Source: Sedimentisphaerales bacterium
GTDB taxonomy: Bacteria > Planctomycetota > Phycisphaerae > Sedimentisphaerales > SM23-30
Reading direction: 5' to 3'
Assembly: GCA_963663805.2 (NCBI GenBank)
Contig: CAXXMR010000013.1
Location: 224,001 to 288,000 of the forward strand
DNA: 64,000 nucleotides
How positions within the stretch are numbered: position 1 is the stretch's first letter; the number at the start of each line of letters is the position of its first letter. Shown one piece after another: positions 18,263-28,940 of the stretch. Both the position numbers and the translations under genes were made by a program. The notes beneath the pieces are model-generated. The model was not told where the DNA came from. It saw only the letters and a program-made list of their open reading frames with translations, and did not search any database.

Positions 18263-18557
18263 AGTTAGCGACATTATCAATGCCGACTAAAGCTACTTAT
18301 CACAATGGTCGTCAAAAGGACCAAAGTGTTAAGCAGACCGGTAATTTAGCGGCTTCTCTGTCAGATTGCAAGTACATAACGCAAAAAAACTTAATCGCAA
18401 ATCGCTGGCCCGTCGTTATGTATGTCTTTATATTGCAAGATTTTATGTCTTAGTCTGTTCCGGATTGGCGTTTCTTTCGCTAATTAGTTATAATTGTACA
18501 CGCAATTATTTTAATCTGGATCGGCCTGGGCATCTGGCAAAGTGGTTGTGAGGAAAA

Positions 18558-20255
18558 ATGTTTCGGCATCACAATATTTATCTTTTACTTCTGGTTTTTA
18601 TGGCATGGCCTGTGTTGGCAGGTGCGGAAACCTATTATGTGAACGACCTTACGGGCAATGACAGTTGGATGGGAACCTTTCCCGACCTCAACGCTCAGCT
18701 GGGGCCCAAAAAAACTATCCAGGCCGCCATTAACATGGCCCAAGATGGCGATACCGTGGTCGTGGCTGATGGAATTTATTCCGGTTCTGGCAATTATGAT
18801 TTGGATTTTAGTGCCTCTCTTATAAATGATGCTCGCAGCTTGACCCTGGTTAGTGCCAATGGCCCCCAGTCTTGTATCATAGATTGTCTATCAGTGGGAC
18901 GTGGTTTCTGGTTTGTAAGTGGTGAGTCCCGCCAGGCTGTTTTGGATGGGTTTACGATTCGCAACGGTGTTGGCTATGAAGAGCTGGTTGGTTCGTCCAT
19001 TCGTCCGGCGGGGGGGGGCATTTTTTGTTGCGACAGCAGTCCTACAATTAAAAACTGTATCGTACAGCAAAATTGGTTGGGCATTTTGGGAGTCGGTGCC
19101 GGTATTTACTGTTATGGTAATTCAAGCCCGTTAATAGTCGGTTGCGTCATTACTAAAAACCGGGCCGGCATATTCGGGGCCGGCGGGGGCATATATTGTG
19201 GTGGTGATAATTGTCGACTCACGATTAGCAACTGCCGGATAACAGCTAATACCGGAGGGATGGCCGGCGGGGCGGTTTTTGCGATTAATCAGGGCTGTTA
19301 TCCTGAGCTTCAGCAAACTTTGATTGCCGGCAATTCCGCTGGTGAAGGTGCGGGAATCTGTCTTTGGGAATTCGCCCAGGCTGACATTGTAAATAGTACA
19401 ATTACAGAAAATGTCGCAGATTATGGCGGTGCCCTGCGTTGCCAAAATAGTAATGTCCAAATCAATAACAGCATCCTGTGGAATAATCAGGCTCAAAGCG
19501 AGACAGGAGCCGAAATTTCTCTGGAATGTGACACCGGCCAATCATGTAATTGTAATATAAGCTATTCCATTCTCGCCGGGGGAACAAACCAGGTAAGCCT
19601 TGGCACTGAATGCTTGCTGGTCGCGACGGAAATTTTGGATACGGACCCATTATTTGCCGCTGTCGGCACCAGCCAGTCTGCGGAATGGAGTGCCGGCGAT
19701 TACCATCTCCGCTCTGAGAATGGCCGCTATGATTCGCAGGCTCTGAATCGTTGCGATTTTAGTGGTGACGGAAAAATCCAGCTGGAAGATTTTGCGATTC
19801 TCGCGGCAAATTGGCAAGTAACTTCCGAAACTCTAACGCCGGACCTTAATCGTGACCAGATTGTAGATATTGCAGACTTCAGGGTATTTTCGAGGGGCTT
19901 ATGGGGCCCCAGGCAAAATCGTGGCTGGTGGTTCAATGATACCATTGACAGTCCCGCGCTCGATGCCGGACCCGTCGAATCGCCTTGGCACAATGAGCTT
20001 TGGCCCCACGGGCAGCGTATAAATCTTGGTGCTTATGGCAATACCCCGCAAGCGTCAGGTTCGCCCAATCATATTGGAAACGTTGCCGATACTAATCTGG
20101 ACAACATCGTAAATAATGATGATTTGTTAAGTTGGGCCGGGCTTTGGCTGGTATGTCAGGACCTTTTGGCCCATGATTTCAATCGGGATGGTAAAGTAAA
20201 TCTATTAGATTGGGCCATCCTGAATAATAACTGGCTTTGGGCTGACCTTGATTGA
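18558..20255 (+). CDS. Secreted right-handed parallel beta-helix protein with dockerin/EF-hand-like repeats
   Basis: Signal peptide; KTIQAAI, DGFTIRNG, GGGIYC repeats; DFSGDGKIQLEDFAILAANW-type repeats. Confidence 0.85.
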   Translation: MFRHHNIYLLLLVFMAWPVLAGAETYYVNDLTGNDSWMGTFPDLNAQLGPKKTIQAAINMAQDGDTVVVADGIYSGSGNYDLDFSASLINDARSLTLVSANGPQSCIIDCLSVGRGFWFVSGESRQAVLDGFTIRNGVGYEELVGSSIRPAGGGIFCCDSSPTIKNCIVQQNWLGILGVGAGIYCYGNSSPLIVGCVITKNRAGIFGAGGGIYCGGDNCRLTISNCRITANTGGMAGGAVFAINQGCYPELQQTLIAGNSAGEGAGICLWEFAQADIVNSTITENVADYGGALRCQNSNVQINNSILWNNQAQSETGAEISLECDTGQSCNCNISYSILAGGTNQVSLGTECLLVATEILDTDPLFAAVGTSQSAEWSAGDYHLRSENGRYDSQALNRCDFSGDGKIQLEDFAILAANWQVTSETLTPDLNRDQIVDIADFRVFSRGLWGPRQNRGWWFNDTIDSPALDAGPVESPWHNELWPHGQRINLGAYGNTPQASGSPNHIGNVADTNLDNIVNNDDLLSWAGLWLVCQDLLAHDFNRDGKVNLLDWAILNNNWLWADLD

Positions 20256-20618
20256 CAGTCCTGAGTTTCTTTTTCCAAGTCTCATCATAGCGTGAAGCCT
20301 GCCATCTTCCTTTTTTATTCAGATTTTCCGAAAGTGCTGTATGCTATCTTGACGATGCTGGCTAAGTAATTGGTTTGACATGTCGGGCTGAATTTGGTAG
20401 TCTGAGTGTGCTTTGAGGAGTGTGCGGCTTGGTCATCTTGATTCGCGTCATCGAAGTAGTACGTTAATTCTCCGGAACAGTTTAATTCATTCTGATTACA
20501 CCAAGTGGGGGTTTGTGGGTAATTAGCCCGCCCTGAGTTAACTGTATCAAAAAAAAGAGGTTGTTGTAGTTGTTGTATAGCGTTTTTCGCGAGAATCGGG
20601 AAACAAAGAGGAGAAAAT

Positions 20619-22568
20619 ATGGTGGTAAGCACGTCTGCCCTGAGGAATTTCTCAGGGCCAGAGGGGATGGTCGGCAGGATGTTGTTTGTCGGGATTTTGC
20701 TGTTGATTGCGGCTTATGTCAATTCCGCAAAAGCCGAACTCAATCCCCAGGATTTGTTGCTGGTCATTAATTCGCAAAGTCCTACAAGCTGTTACATAGG
20801 ACAGCTTTATCGTCAGTATTACCCCGGGATTACTGATAGCCAGATAGTTTATCTTGATGGTATTCCAGACAGCAGTGGGCTGGCCAGTACTGCCAATGAC
20901 GAGATTATTTCGCGTGCCGATTTCAATAGCCTTATCGCCGAGCCCATCCGCAATTATTTGACAAGCAACAACATGGTGAATTCTACCAAGGCCATAATAA
21001 CGACAGCGGGTCTGCCATATAAAATTGAAGATACAAACTATTCTAATATTGTCCAGCCCGCCGCCGCCGGCAGTTATTCCTCTGCCCAGATTGGTTATAT
21101 TGATGCTGCCTCGGTTGAGTCTGAACTTGCGGTACTTTTTCAGATTGACCCAACTTCCGGCTCACCATTACCAACTTATGACCGTGTTGTAAATCCTTAT
21201 CAGGGATACCGTAGTGGGATTGATTGTTTTGAACGTGATATACTTAACCGGCGAGATGATATGAACTGGTCCTATCTGCGCCGCATGAGTCCCAGCCACA
21301 ACCCACCTATGATGGAAGGGCAGCGGGGTGATTACAACGAAAGTCATCTGAGTAATGTAGGCAAAAAAGACCGTCTGTTTTCCGCTGCTGATATTTACCT
21401 TACTTGTCGCCTGGATGGTCCAAAAGAGCAGGGCCAAAGTGCTATTTTCGCCGTACATGATATGCTCGAAAGATCACGCCGGGCATCTTCAACCGAATAT
21501 GGCATTAACGCCGCTGGGGCTGCGGTGATTCTGGACGATTCGCCGGGAACATTAAATCTAAACAATAACCGGATTTATAATCTTGACCAGGGTGTGCCCT
21601 ATCTGGTCTATGACCCAGAAAACCCCAATCCGCCTGACACCGTTAATATTGAACAGCGAGATGATTTCGAGTCTGGTTTCTGCCAGATGACCGGAGCGAT
21701 GGCTGAGGCCGACACTTTGAATTCTGCCCTGATGCCTTCCGCGCATGGAGTCAATGTGCTATTAGATGCCAGAGGCACCTGCCGCACCAGCCAGAGTGAT
21801 TTATCATTCGGGCAAGCTGTTGTCGGGCTTAGCACTTTTGGCCGAAACGGTGATGAAGGCGACTCCAGTAACTATCTGCTGAATGAGGGCGATGATTCAA
21901 GTGCTTTGTTTGAATTGTGTTATGGCTCGGTATACGCATCTTTCGAAAGTTACAATGCGGTGACCTTGTTTTCAGATATTGATACCAGCCAGTCGCTGAT
22001 AGGCGATTTCCTGGAAATTGGCGGCAGTGCTGCCTTGGGGCATGCTTTTGAGCCCTATTCCGATGCCGCGATCGATACCGAGTTTCTGTTTTATAACCTT
22101 TTGGCGGACAATGATAGCGATGGTTACGCCGATATGACCTTTTTAGAGGCCGCGTTTTCGGCTTTACCATATTTGAGCTGGTCCGAGGTAATTCTGGGTG
22201 ACCCGCTGATGCAAATAGCCTATGGTGATGGCGGGGTTTCGTCTTCATGTCGGTTGCTCGGCGATATTAACCTCGACGGTATTGTGACCGAGCAGGATCT
22301 GATTATGGCTAGTAATTCGTTGGGCTTTGGGTTTGGCGAATTTGGATACAATGATTTAGCTGACATAAATCGTGATTATAAAGTGAGTTATTACGATTTA
22401 TGGCTCATCGGCGAAAATCTCGGAGCCTATACCAGTACCCAGAAAGTACTCTCGCAAGTCATTCTGCCCGAGCCAGCGACTATTATCATGATGATTATGG
22501 GCTTACCGGTAGTCAGAGCACGGAAAAAAAGTCAGATAATTAACCAGTATTCTGTCAGAATCACTTGA
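20619..22568 (+). CDS. TIGR03790-like protein with dockerin-like repeat and PEP-CTERM sorting signal
   Basis: LLLVINSQS, ASVESEL, NPY, RLDG, GHAFEPY, GDPL; C-terminal LPEPATIIMMIMGL...RARKK. Start may be 20667 or 20679. Confidence 0.75.
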   Translation: MVVSTSALRNFSGPEGMVGRMLFVGILLLIAAYVNSAKAELNPQDLLLVINSQSPTSCYIGQLYRQYYPGITDSQIVYLDGIPDSSGLASTANDEIISRADFNSLIAEPIRNYLTSNNMVNSTKAIITTAGLPYKIEDTNYSNIVQPAAAGSYSSAQIGYIDAASVESELAVLFQIDPTSGSPLPTYDRVVNPYQGYRSGIDCFERDILNRRDDMNWSYLRRMSPSHNPPMMEGQRGDYNESHLSNVGKKDRLFSAADIYLTCRLDGPKEQGQSAIFAVHDMLERSRRASSTEYGINAAGAAVILDDSPGTLNLNNNRIYNLDQGVPYLVYDPENPNPPDTVNIEQRDDFESGFCQMTGAMAEADTLNSALMPSAHGVNVLLDARGTCRTSQSDLSFGQAVVGLSTFGRNGDEGDSSNYLLNEGDDSSALFELCYGSVYASFESYNAVTLFSDIDTSQSLIGDFLEIGGSAALGHAFEPYSDAAIDTEFLFYNLLADNDSDGYADMTFLEAAFSALPYLSWSEVILGDPLMQIAYGDGGVSSSCRLLGDINLDGIVTEQDLIMASNSLGFGFGEFGYNDLADINRDYKVSYYDLWLIGENLGAYTSTQKVLSQVILPEPATIIMMIMGLPVVRARKKSQIINQYSVRIT

Positions 22569-22593
22569 CTTTCTAAGGGTTTCCCAGTACTAT
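22565..22593 (+). promoter_or_regulatory. Putative sigma70 promoter
   Basis: TTGACT-17 nt-TACTAT. Confidence 0.6.
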
Positions 22594-22623
22594 TAAGGCG
22601 TAGGTATCGTATAACATTCAATG

Positions 22624-22661
22624 AGAGAGAGACGGCCGGTGTCGGTTTGTCTCTCTTTTTT
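22624..22661 (+). terminator. Rho-independent terminator
   Basis: agagagacggccg-gtgt-cggtttgtctctct followed by a T-run. Confidence 0.65.
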
Positions 22662-22737
22662 ATTGGGTTTTCTGTTCTTTAGAGTTGCGAAAGGTCTTGA
22701 GAAGGGTCGAGAAAACAAATTTTAGGAGGATGGCCCA

Positions 22738-23478
22738 ATGAGGTTTACTTGTTCTTTGCTTTGCCTGGCTTTGGTGGCTGTTTTGGGAGTTCCCATTCAG
22801 GCTGTGGAATCCGTCGGCGACATTCAGTTTTCGTTGTTTGGTGGTGATGCTTTCTTGTCGCCGGGATTTACGTTTGCCAGCGGAGAGTTCGGGCTTTTTG
22901 AGGATGCCGGCGGTGACATGGGGACTGTTTCGGGCCAGATACGCAAGTCCACGACTTTTGGATATTACGATTATCAAATTCGCGGCGGCTCTATCAGTCT
23001 TACTCCGTGTGAGTTGCTGGCTGACCAGAGCTACAGTGCCGGCGGGTTAAACCCTGATATTGCCAAGGGGATTTTTAGCGGCGGTGCTGTTGTCTTGACG
23101 ATTACCGGAGCGGTGACTACCCCTGGGGCTGCCTCTGTAATTATTCCGGACACCACGTTGTTAGTGGCAGAAGTTACAGCTGACTTTGTTGCCCATGAGG
23201 AGGAAGGTTTTCCTCCAAATGTGATTGATGCCCAGTTGACCCTGAATGTTATTGGCGGCACACTTTGGGACGGTGACATTTTGAATATTTATCCTCAGAT
23301 TGTCGCGGATATTACCTTATTAAATTGTTCTCAGCCCAGCGGGCAAGGGAGTAATGTCGCGAATTTTCAAGACGATATTAGTTATAACTTGAGTTCAGTG
23401 CAGATCTACCCCGTGCCCGAACCTTTAACTGCAATGTTGCTGGTATGCGGCCTCTTGGCGGTAAAACGCAGGCGTTAA
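22738..23478 (+). CDS. PEP-CTERM protein
   Basis: Signal peptide; C-terminal VPEPLTAMLLVCGLLAVKRRR. Confidence 0.9.
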   Translation: MRFTCSLLCLALVAVLGVPIQAVESVGDIQFSLFGGDAFLSPGFTFASGEFGLFEDAGGDMGTVSGQIRKSTTFGYYDYQIRGGSISLTPCELLADQSYSAGGLNPDIAKGIFSGGAVVLTITGAVTTPGAASVIIPDTTLLVAEVTADFVAHEEEGFPPNVIDAQLTLNVIGGTLWDGDILNIYPQIVADITLLNCSQPSGQGSNVANFQDDISYNLSSVQIYPVPEPLTAMLLVCGLLAVKRRR

Positions 23479-23606
23479 AACAAGCTGTGTTGTGTTGATT
23501 GTGTGTGAGGCTTGTTAGTTTATACTATTTTGTGTTTGGATGAGTAATATTTAGACCTGTTAGGGAAAGTTTATTCAGGTATTGATTTTCTACAAGGAGA
23601 AGGAAA

Positions 23607-24287
23607 ATGCGAATTATTCTGCTTTTGGCTGTTAGCCTTCTAATGGCTTTTTCCGGTATAGCTTTCGCGAATACTGACGTCGAGCTTATCGAGGTTATTT
23701 TTAACGTAGGTCTTTTCAGCGAGTTTGATGCCAACGGGGGGACTGGCGGCGATGGCCTGCAACACATGGAAGGGGTCAGCGGAGCCTATGTCTACTCCGA
23801 CGGCATGACCAATGTAAGAACTTTTAACAATACTTCGGTCTCTCTGGATGTTTGGGGTATGAACGATTATTCATCGGGCGGCGTCGCGGGTGCTTATTTT
23901 TCCGATGGGAATTGGTCGGTAACCCTTTTTGACGACCAAAGTAATTCAGTCCTCTCTATCAGTGGAACCGTAGATTGGTATGAAGAACTCGAAACCGACA
24001 CAAATGCCGTCGATGGCCGCGGGATTGTCTCTATCTTGCCTTCTACGGTGCATGTCGATCATGGCTATTGGGGACAAAACGCACGCTGGGCTTCTAACAA
24101 CAATAAAAGCGGTATCCAGACCAAGATATCCAACATAACCCCTCTGCCCCTGACAGATTATCAGTCCGATTGGCAGTCCACGAACGTCCGGTTGCTTATC
24201 TGGGCTGACTCCAGCCAGATTCCTGAACCGCTGACCTTGGTATTTCTGAGCTCCGGCCTATTATTTGTGCGGCGCAGAAAACGCTAA
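23607..24287 (+). CDS. PEP-CTERM protein
   Basis: Signal peptide; C-terminal IPEPLTLVFLSSGLLFVRRRKR. Confidence 0.9.
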   Translation: MRIILLLAVSLLMAFSGIAFANTDVELIEVIFNVGLFSEFDANGGTGGDGLQHMEGVSGAYVYSDGMTNVRTFNNTSVSLDVWGMNDYSSGGVAGAYFSDGNWSVTLFDDQSNSVLSISGTVDWYEELETDTNAVDGRGIVSILPSTVHVDHGYWGQNARWASNNNKSGIQTKISNITPLPLTDYQSDWQSTNVRLLIWADSSQIPEPLTLVFLSSGLLFVRRRKR

Positions 24288-24319
24288 TATTCCTGTAACG
24301 CATTACCCGATTCACTAGA

Positions 24320-24367
24320 GGTGTCGCTCGACGGATGGAGGAAAGTCTGTCGGCGGCGCCTTTTTTT
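24320..24367 (+). terminator. Rho-independent terminator
   Basis: ggtgtcgctcgacggat...gtctgtcggcggcgcc followed by T7. Confidence 0.7.
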
Positions 24368-24836
24368 AATACCAGATATCAGAAGGTAATTCTCCAGGCT
24401 TCAGCGGCTTGAGCGAAAGGGTGAAACCTTCGCCGCCGAACAGGATTTCCGTCAACTTCTCGACATCCAGAGGTTTATTGATAAAGCCGTCAGCCTGCAA
24501 ATCATAGCATTTCTGGACATAGCGTTCATCAATAGAAGCTGTCAAAACCACCACCGGAATCGATGCCAGCTTCGAGTCGTTTTTGATTGCCCGAAGAATC
24601 TCCCAACCATTTGCCCCGGGCAGAGTTATATCGAGCAATATCAGGTCCGGCAGAGCCTTTTGTTTGGAGTCTCGCAGAACTACCATCGCCTGACCGCCAT
24701 CCACAGCGACCTGGAGTTGTACATCAAATTTGCTGTTTTTGACAGCCATTTCAGTAAGGCGTATACTGCCCGGGTCATCTTCGACCAAGAGAATATTTCG
24801 CACCTGGACACTTTCTGATGTTTGGGCCTTGTCCAT
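24366..24836 (-). CDS. Single-domain response regulator (Rcp1-like)
   Basis: ILLVEDD, LILLDITLPG, VVVLTAS, FINKP. Confidence 0.9.
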   Translation of the reverse strand: MDKAQTSESVQVRNILLVEDDPGSIRLTEMAVKNSKFDVQLQVAVDGGQAMVVLRDSKQKALPDLILLDITLPGANGWEILRAIKNDSKLASIPVVVLTASIDERYVQKCYDLQADGFINKPLDVEKLTEILFGGEGFTLSLKPLKPGELPSDIWY

Positions 24837-25123
24837 ACCACAGTCGTCCCTTGCATAAAAATCCAAGCTTATTGTCCGAAAAAATCATTCCTTCCTCTAT
24901 ACTATTATGTTACCCGAAATTGTTTCAAGTCAAGTTTTCCGCATTTTTTATATGAAAAATATTAACCGTTCATATAAGGCCCGCCCGCGACTATGCTTAG
25001 GTAATACCAGTTGCCGGTTGGTTATTTGCCTAAAATCAAGTCCTGATAAATATAGCTTGACTTACCAAAAAACTTTGCGGACCATAAACAAGGTTTTATT
25101 GGAGCTACCAGATTGGAGATAAC

Positions 25124-26596
25124 ATGAAAGCTGTGATGGTAATGTTCGATTCGCTTAATCGCCACATGCTCAGTCCTTATGGTTGCGATTGGGCCCACAC
25201 CCCTAATTTTCAACGTCTTGCCCGGAAGACCGTGACGTTTACCAATTCTTTTATCGGAAGTATGCCCTGTATGCCCGCCCGTCGCGAAATCCACACCGGC
25301 CGGTATAATTTCCTCCATCGCAGTTGGGGCCCGATAGAACCTTTCGATGATTCCATGCCCGAAATTCTCAAAAACAACGGTATTACGACTCACCTCATCA
25401 GCGACCATTACCATTACTGGGAAGATGGCGGCTGTACCTATCATCCTCGCTACAGCAGTTGGGAAATCTCGCGGGGACAGGAAGGTGACCCCTGGAAATG
25501 TCACCTGCCCGATAATATTGATATTCCCGAAAGCCTAAACGGTGACCGCGGCACCTGGGGCCGACAGGACTGGGTCAACCGTCATTACATGAAGGACATC
25601 AAAGACCAGCCCCAGCCCACAACTTTCCGTCTGGGGTTGGAATTCCTCGAAACCAACCATAACTCTGACAACTGGTTCCTGACTATCGAAACTTTCGACC
25701 CGCACGAACCATATTTCTCTGACCAGAAATATAAAGACCTCTACCCCAGCGACTATAAAGGCTCGCATTGGGACTGGCCTCCTTATGAACCGGTCAGCCA
25801 GACCAGAGAGCAGGTCAAACATATGCGTCGGGAAAATGCCGCGCTTGTGAGTATGTGTGACGAGCATCTCGGCAAAGTTCTTGATTTCTTCGATGAACAT
25901 AATATGTGGGATGATACCCTGCTCATCGTTAATACCGACCACGGTTTCCTGCTCGGCGAAAGAGAAGCCTGGGGTAAATGCTGGTTCCCGTTCTATAATG
26001 AAATCGCCCACACCCCGCTTTTCATTTGGGACCCCCGTTGTCGCCGTGCCGACCAGGAGTCTCCCGCATTGGTCCAGACTATCGACCTTGCCCCCACGCT
26101 GCTTGATTATTTCAATGTTCCCATTCCGCCGGATATGCAGGGCTCGCCGCTTAAAGACGCCATCGCGCATGATACCCCAGTTCACGACGCTATTATCTTC
26201 GGCATTCATGGCGGGCATGTCAACTGCACCGATGGCCGTTACCTCTACATGCGCGGCCCCAAAGATGAATCAAATTCCCCGCTCTATGAATACACTCTGA
26301 TGCCCACCCACATGCGTGGCAGATTTTTTGTCGAAGAATTGCAGGACATTCAACTCGCGGAACCGTTTACGTTCACCAAAGGCTGTCGCACCATGAAAAT
26401 TGCTTATGGCCGCAAATCCTTCAACTACAGCTTCTTCAAATACGGCACAATGCTATTCGACCTCGAAAACGACCCCAAACAGGAAACCCCCATCCAGAAC
26501 CCCCAAATCGAAAAAATGATGACAGACCACCTCTGCCGCCTCATGAAAGAAAACGACGCGCCGTCCGAACAATTTCAACGCCTGGGCCTGATTTGA
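25124..26596 (+). CDS. Formylglycine-dependent sulfatase
   Basis: CMPAR (CxPxR) motif, DPHEP, TDHG. Confidence 0.92.
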   Translation: MKAVMVMFDSLNRHMLSPYGCDWAHTPNFQRLARKTVTFTNSFIGSMPCMPARREIHTGRYNFLHRSWGPIEPFDDSMPEILKNNGITTHLISDHYHYWEDGGCTYHPRYSSWEISRGQEGDPWKCHLPDNIDIPESLNGDRGTWGRQDWVNRHYMKDIKDQPQPTTFRLGLEFLETNHNSDNWFLTIETFDPHEPYFSDQKYKDLYPSDYKGSHWDWPPYEPVSQTREQVKHMRRENAALVSMCDEHLGKVLDFFDEHNMWDDTLLIVNTDHGFLLGEREAWGKCWFPFYNEIAHTPLFIWDPRCRRADQESPALVQTIDLAPTLLDYFNVPIPPDMQGSPLKDAIAHDTPVHDAIIFGIHGGHVNCTDGRYLYMRGPKDESNSPLYEYTLMPTHMRGRFFVEELQDIQLAEPFTFTKGCRTMKIAYGRKSFNYSFFKYGTMLFDLENDPKQETPIQNPQIEKMMTDHLCRLMKENDAPSEQFQRLGLI

Positions 26597-26608
26597 ATAT
26601 AACCCGTG

Positions 26609-27874
26609 TTATTCCGCTTCGCGCCTGATCTTCGCGCCCACAGCATTGAGTTTTTCCTCAATGCGTTCATAGCCGCGGTCGATGTGGTAGACACGATTTA
26701 CAATTGTCGTACCTTCCGCTGCCATACCAGCCAAAACCAACGCCGCCGAAGCTCTTAAATCCGAAGCCATCACTGGTGCCGCTATCAGTCGCTTCACACC
26801 CGATACAATAACCGTAGGCCCTTCCTTACGCAGATTAGCCGCCATACGATTCAATTCCGGCACATGCATAAAACGGTCCGGAAAAATTTTCTCCGTGATT
26901 ATACTATTGCCGTCCGCTAGACAAAGTAACGCTATCAACTGAGCCTGCAAATCCGTCGGAAAACCCGGATAAGGCTGAGTTGTAACATCCGTCGGATTAA
27001 GCCGACGCGCCGAACTAACCCTGACCGCCCCCTCCAGCTTTTCGATTTCAACCCCGATGCCCTTTAGTCGGTCTATCACCGCCATCAGATGTTCCGTCCG
27101 GCAATTTTTGATTATCAGCTCACCGTTAGTAATCGCCGCTGCGACCATAAACGTACCCGCCTCGATACGGTCCGGTATCACTTCATGTTTTGTGCCGTGC
27201 ATTTCCTCCACGCCCTCAATCGTAATCCGCGGTGTACCATGCCCGCTGATTTTTCCACCCATACTGTTCAGGAAATCTCCCAGGTCAATAATTTCCGGTT
27301 CACACGCCGCCGCTTCGATAACCGTTTGTCCCTTGGCCAGACAAGCCGCCGTCATCACATTAGCTGTCCCTAGTACTGTACTGCCGAAAGGCCCACCCAG
27401 AAAAATCTCCGTACCTTCCAGCCGCCCGCAATCCGCCACCACATACCCGCCCTCTAGCTCCAGCTTCGCCCCCAACGCCTCCATTCCCCGCAAGTGCAGA
27501 TTGATTGGCCGGTCGCCTATCGCACACCCGCCCGGCATACTAACTTTCGCTTCACCTCGCTTGGCCAGCAGCGGCCCCAAAACGCAAATACTCGCCCGCA
27601 TCCGCCGCACGCTTTCATAATCCGCCAGACACTTGCCCTCATCCACAACTTTGATATGCATTGCCCCCTCATCATCCCGCTCGACCTCAGCCCCCAGCTC
27701 CCGCATCAGCGTCATCAAATGCCGCACATCCGCCAAATCAGGTACGCCACAAAGCACCGTCTCGTCCGTACTCAATAAAGCCGCCGCCATTATCGGCAAA
27801 GCCGCGTTCTTCGACCCGCTCAACTCAATTTCACCCCGCAATCGGGTACCGCCTTCAATTACCAGCCTATCCAT
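26609..27874 (-). CDS. murA: UDP-N-acetylglucosamine 1-carboxyvinyltransferase
   Basis: GSKNAALP, MRAS, PGGCAIG, PGFPTDLQ, DLRA, HIDRGY. Confidence 0.98.
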   Translation of the reverse strand: MDRLVIEGGTRLRGEIELSGSKNAALPIMAAALLSTDETVLCGVPDLADVRHLMTLMRELGAEVERDDEGAMHIKVVDEGKCLADYESVRRMRASICVLGPLLAKRGEAKVSMPGGCAIGDRPINLHLRGMEALGAKLELEGGYVVADCGRLEGTEIFLGGPFGSTVLGTANVMTAACLAKGQTVIEAAACEPEIIDLGDFLNSMGGKISGHGTPRITIEGVEEMHGTKHEVIPDRIEAGTFMVAAAITNGELIIKNCRTEHLMAVIDRLKGIGVEIEKLEGAVRVSSARRLNPTDVTTQPYPGFPTDLQAQLIALLCLADGNSIITEKIFPDRFMHVPELNRMAANLRKEGPTVIVSGVKRLIAAPVMASDLRASAALVLAGMAAEGTTIVNRVYHIDRGYERIEEKLNAVGAKIRREAE

Positions 27875-27886
27875 GTTTCACCTTGT

Positions 27887-28777
27887 TCAAACTTTACGCC
27901 CCGCAACAACCCGTTCGTATCCCTGAAAATCCTTTATCGTCCGCACCTCGCCCAGATACCCCGATTTTGTCATCAGCTCAGCCGTCTTTTTCCCCTGGTC
28001 ATAGCCCACCTCCAGCATCATGGCCCCGCCCTCAGCCAGAAACTCGCCACCCTCAGCTATTATCCGCCGCACCACGTCCAGCCCATCCTCACCACCCAGC
28101 AACGCCTCTGGCGGTTCATGCCGGACATTTGCGTCCAGCTTCGCGTAATCCCTGGCGTTTATATAGGGCGGATTAGCGGTAATCAAATCGAACAAACACT
28201 TACCGGACTTTGACACCTCACCAAATAAATCACTTTCGACCAGACTAACCCGTCCCTCAACCTCATGCCGGGCCGCATTTCGACCCGCCACCTCCAACGC
28301 AGCACCGCTTTTATCCGAACCCACCACCTCAGCTTCGATGACATTAACCCCAATAGCGACCGCCACGCACCCGCTGCCTGTACAAAGATCCAGAACCTCC
28401 GGTCGGGGCCGCTTAAAATCCTGCCTCAGAAACTTAATTCCTTGCTCCACAAGAACTTCAGTTTCTGGACGTGGAATCAGCACCGCTGGCCCCACCTCAA
28501 ATTCCAGCCCATAAAAATGAGCCTTGCCCGTCAGATACCCAATCGGCTCATGCCCCGCGCACCGCCGTACTAAATCCCGAAACCCACCCAGTTCTGACTG
28601 TTCCGGGCAGTGGTCAAACTTTACGTAAAGATCAATACGTTGCCACTTAAGTACATCTGCTAAAAGAAGTTCCGAACATAGACGAGGTTCTTCCACACCC
28701 GCCTTGCCCAGATAATCACTGGTCCATTCCAGCAGTCGTTTAGTAGTCCATTTCTCATTTTGCTGCGTCCCTGCCAT
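27887..28777 (-). CDS. prmC: Release factor glutamine methyltransferase
   Basis: LIPRPETE, DLCTGSG, NPPY, GGEDGL. Confidence 0.95.
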   Translation of the reverse strand: MAGTQQNEKWTTKRLLEWTSDYLGKAGVEEPRLCSELLLADVLKWQRIDLYVKFDHCPEQSELGGFRDLVRRCAGHEPIGYLTGKAHFYGLEFEVGPAVLIPRPETEVLVEQGIKFLRQDFKRPRPEVLDLCTGSGCVAVAIGVNVIEAEVVGSDKSGAALEVAGRNAARHEVEGRVSLVESDLFGEVSKSGKCLFDLITANPPYINARDYAKLDANVRHEPPEALLGGEDGLDVVRRIIAEGGEFLAEGGAMMLEVGYDQGKKTAELMTKSGYLGEVRTIKDFQGYERVVAGRKV

Positions 28778-28940
28778 GTCTGCTTCATACCACATTTGCC
28801 AGTCTACAGCAAGCTCATTCTCACTTGCCAACCCCCCTAAATCTCGCTACCTTAGTAAGTTGTATGTCCAAAATGCCGATATATCAGTAACATCCGGCCC
28901 GAAGTTGAGGCCGGCCCCAAAAATCGAATTAGGCGGAACA

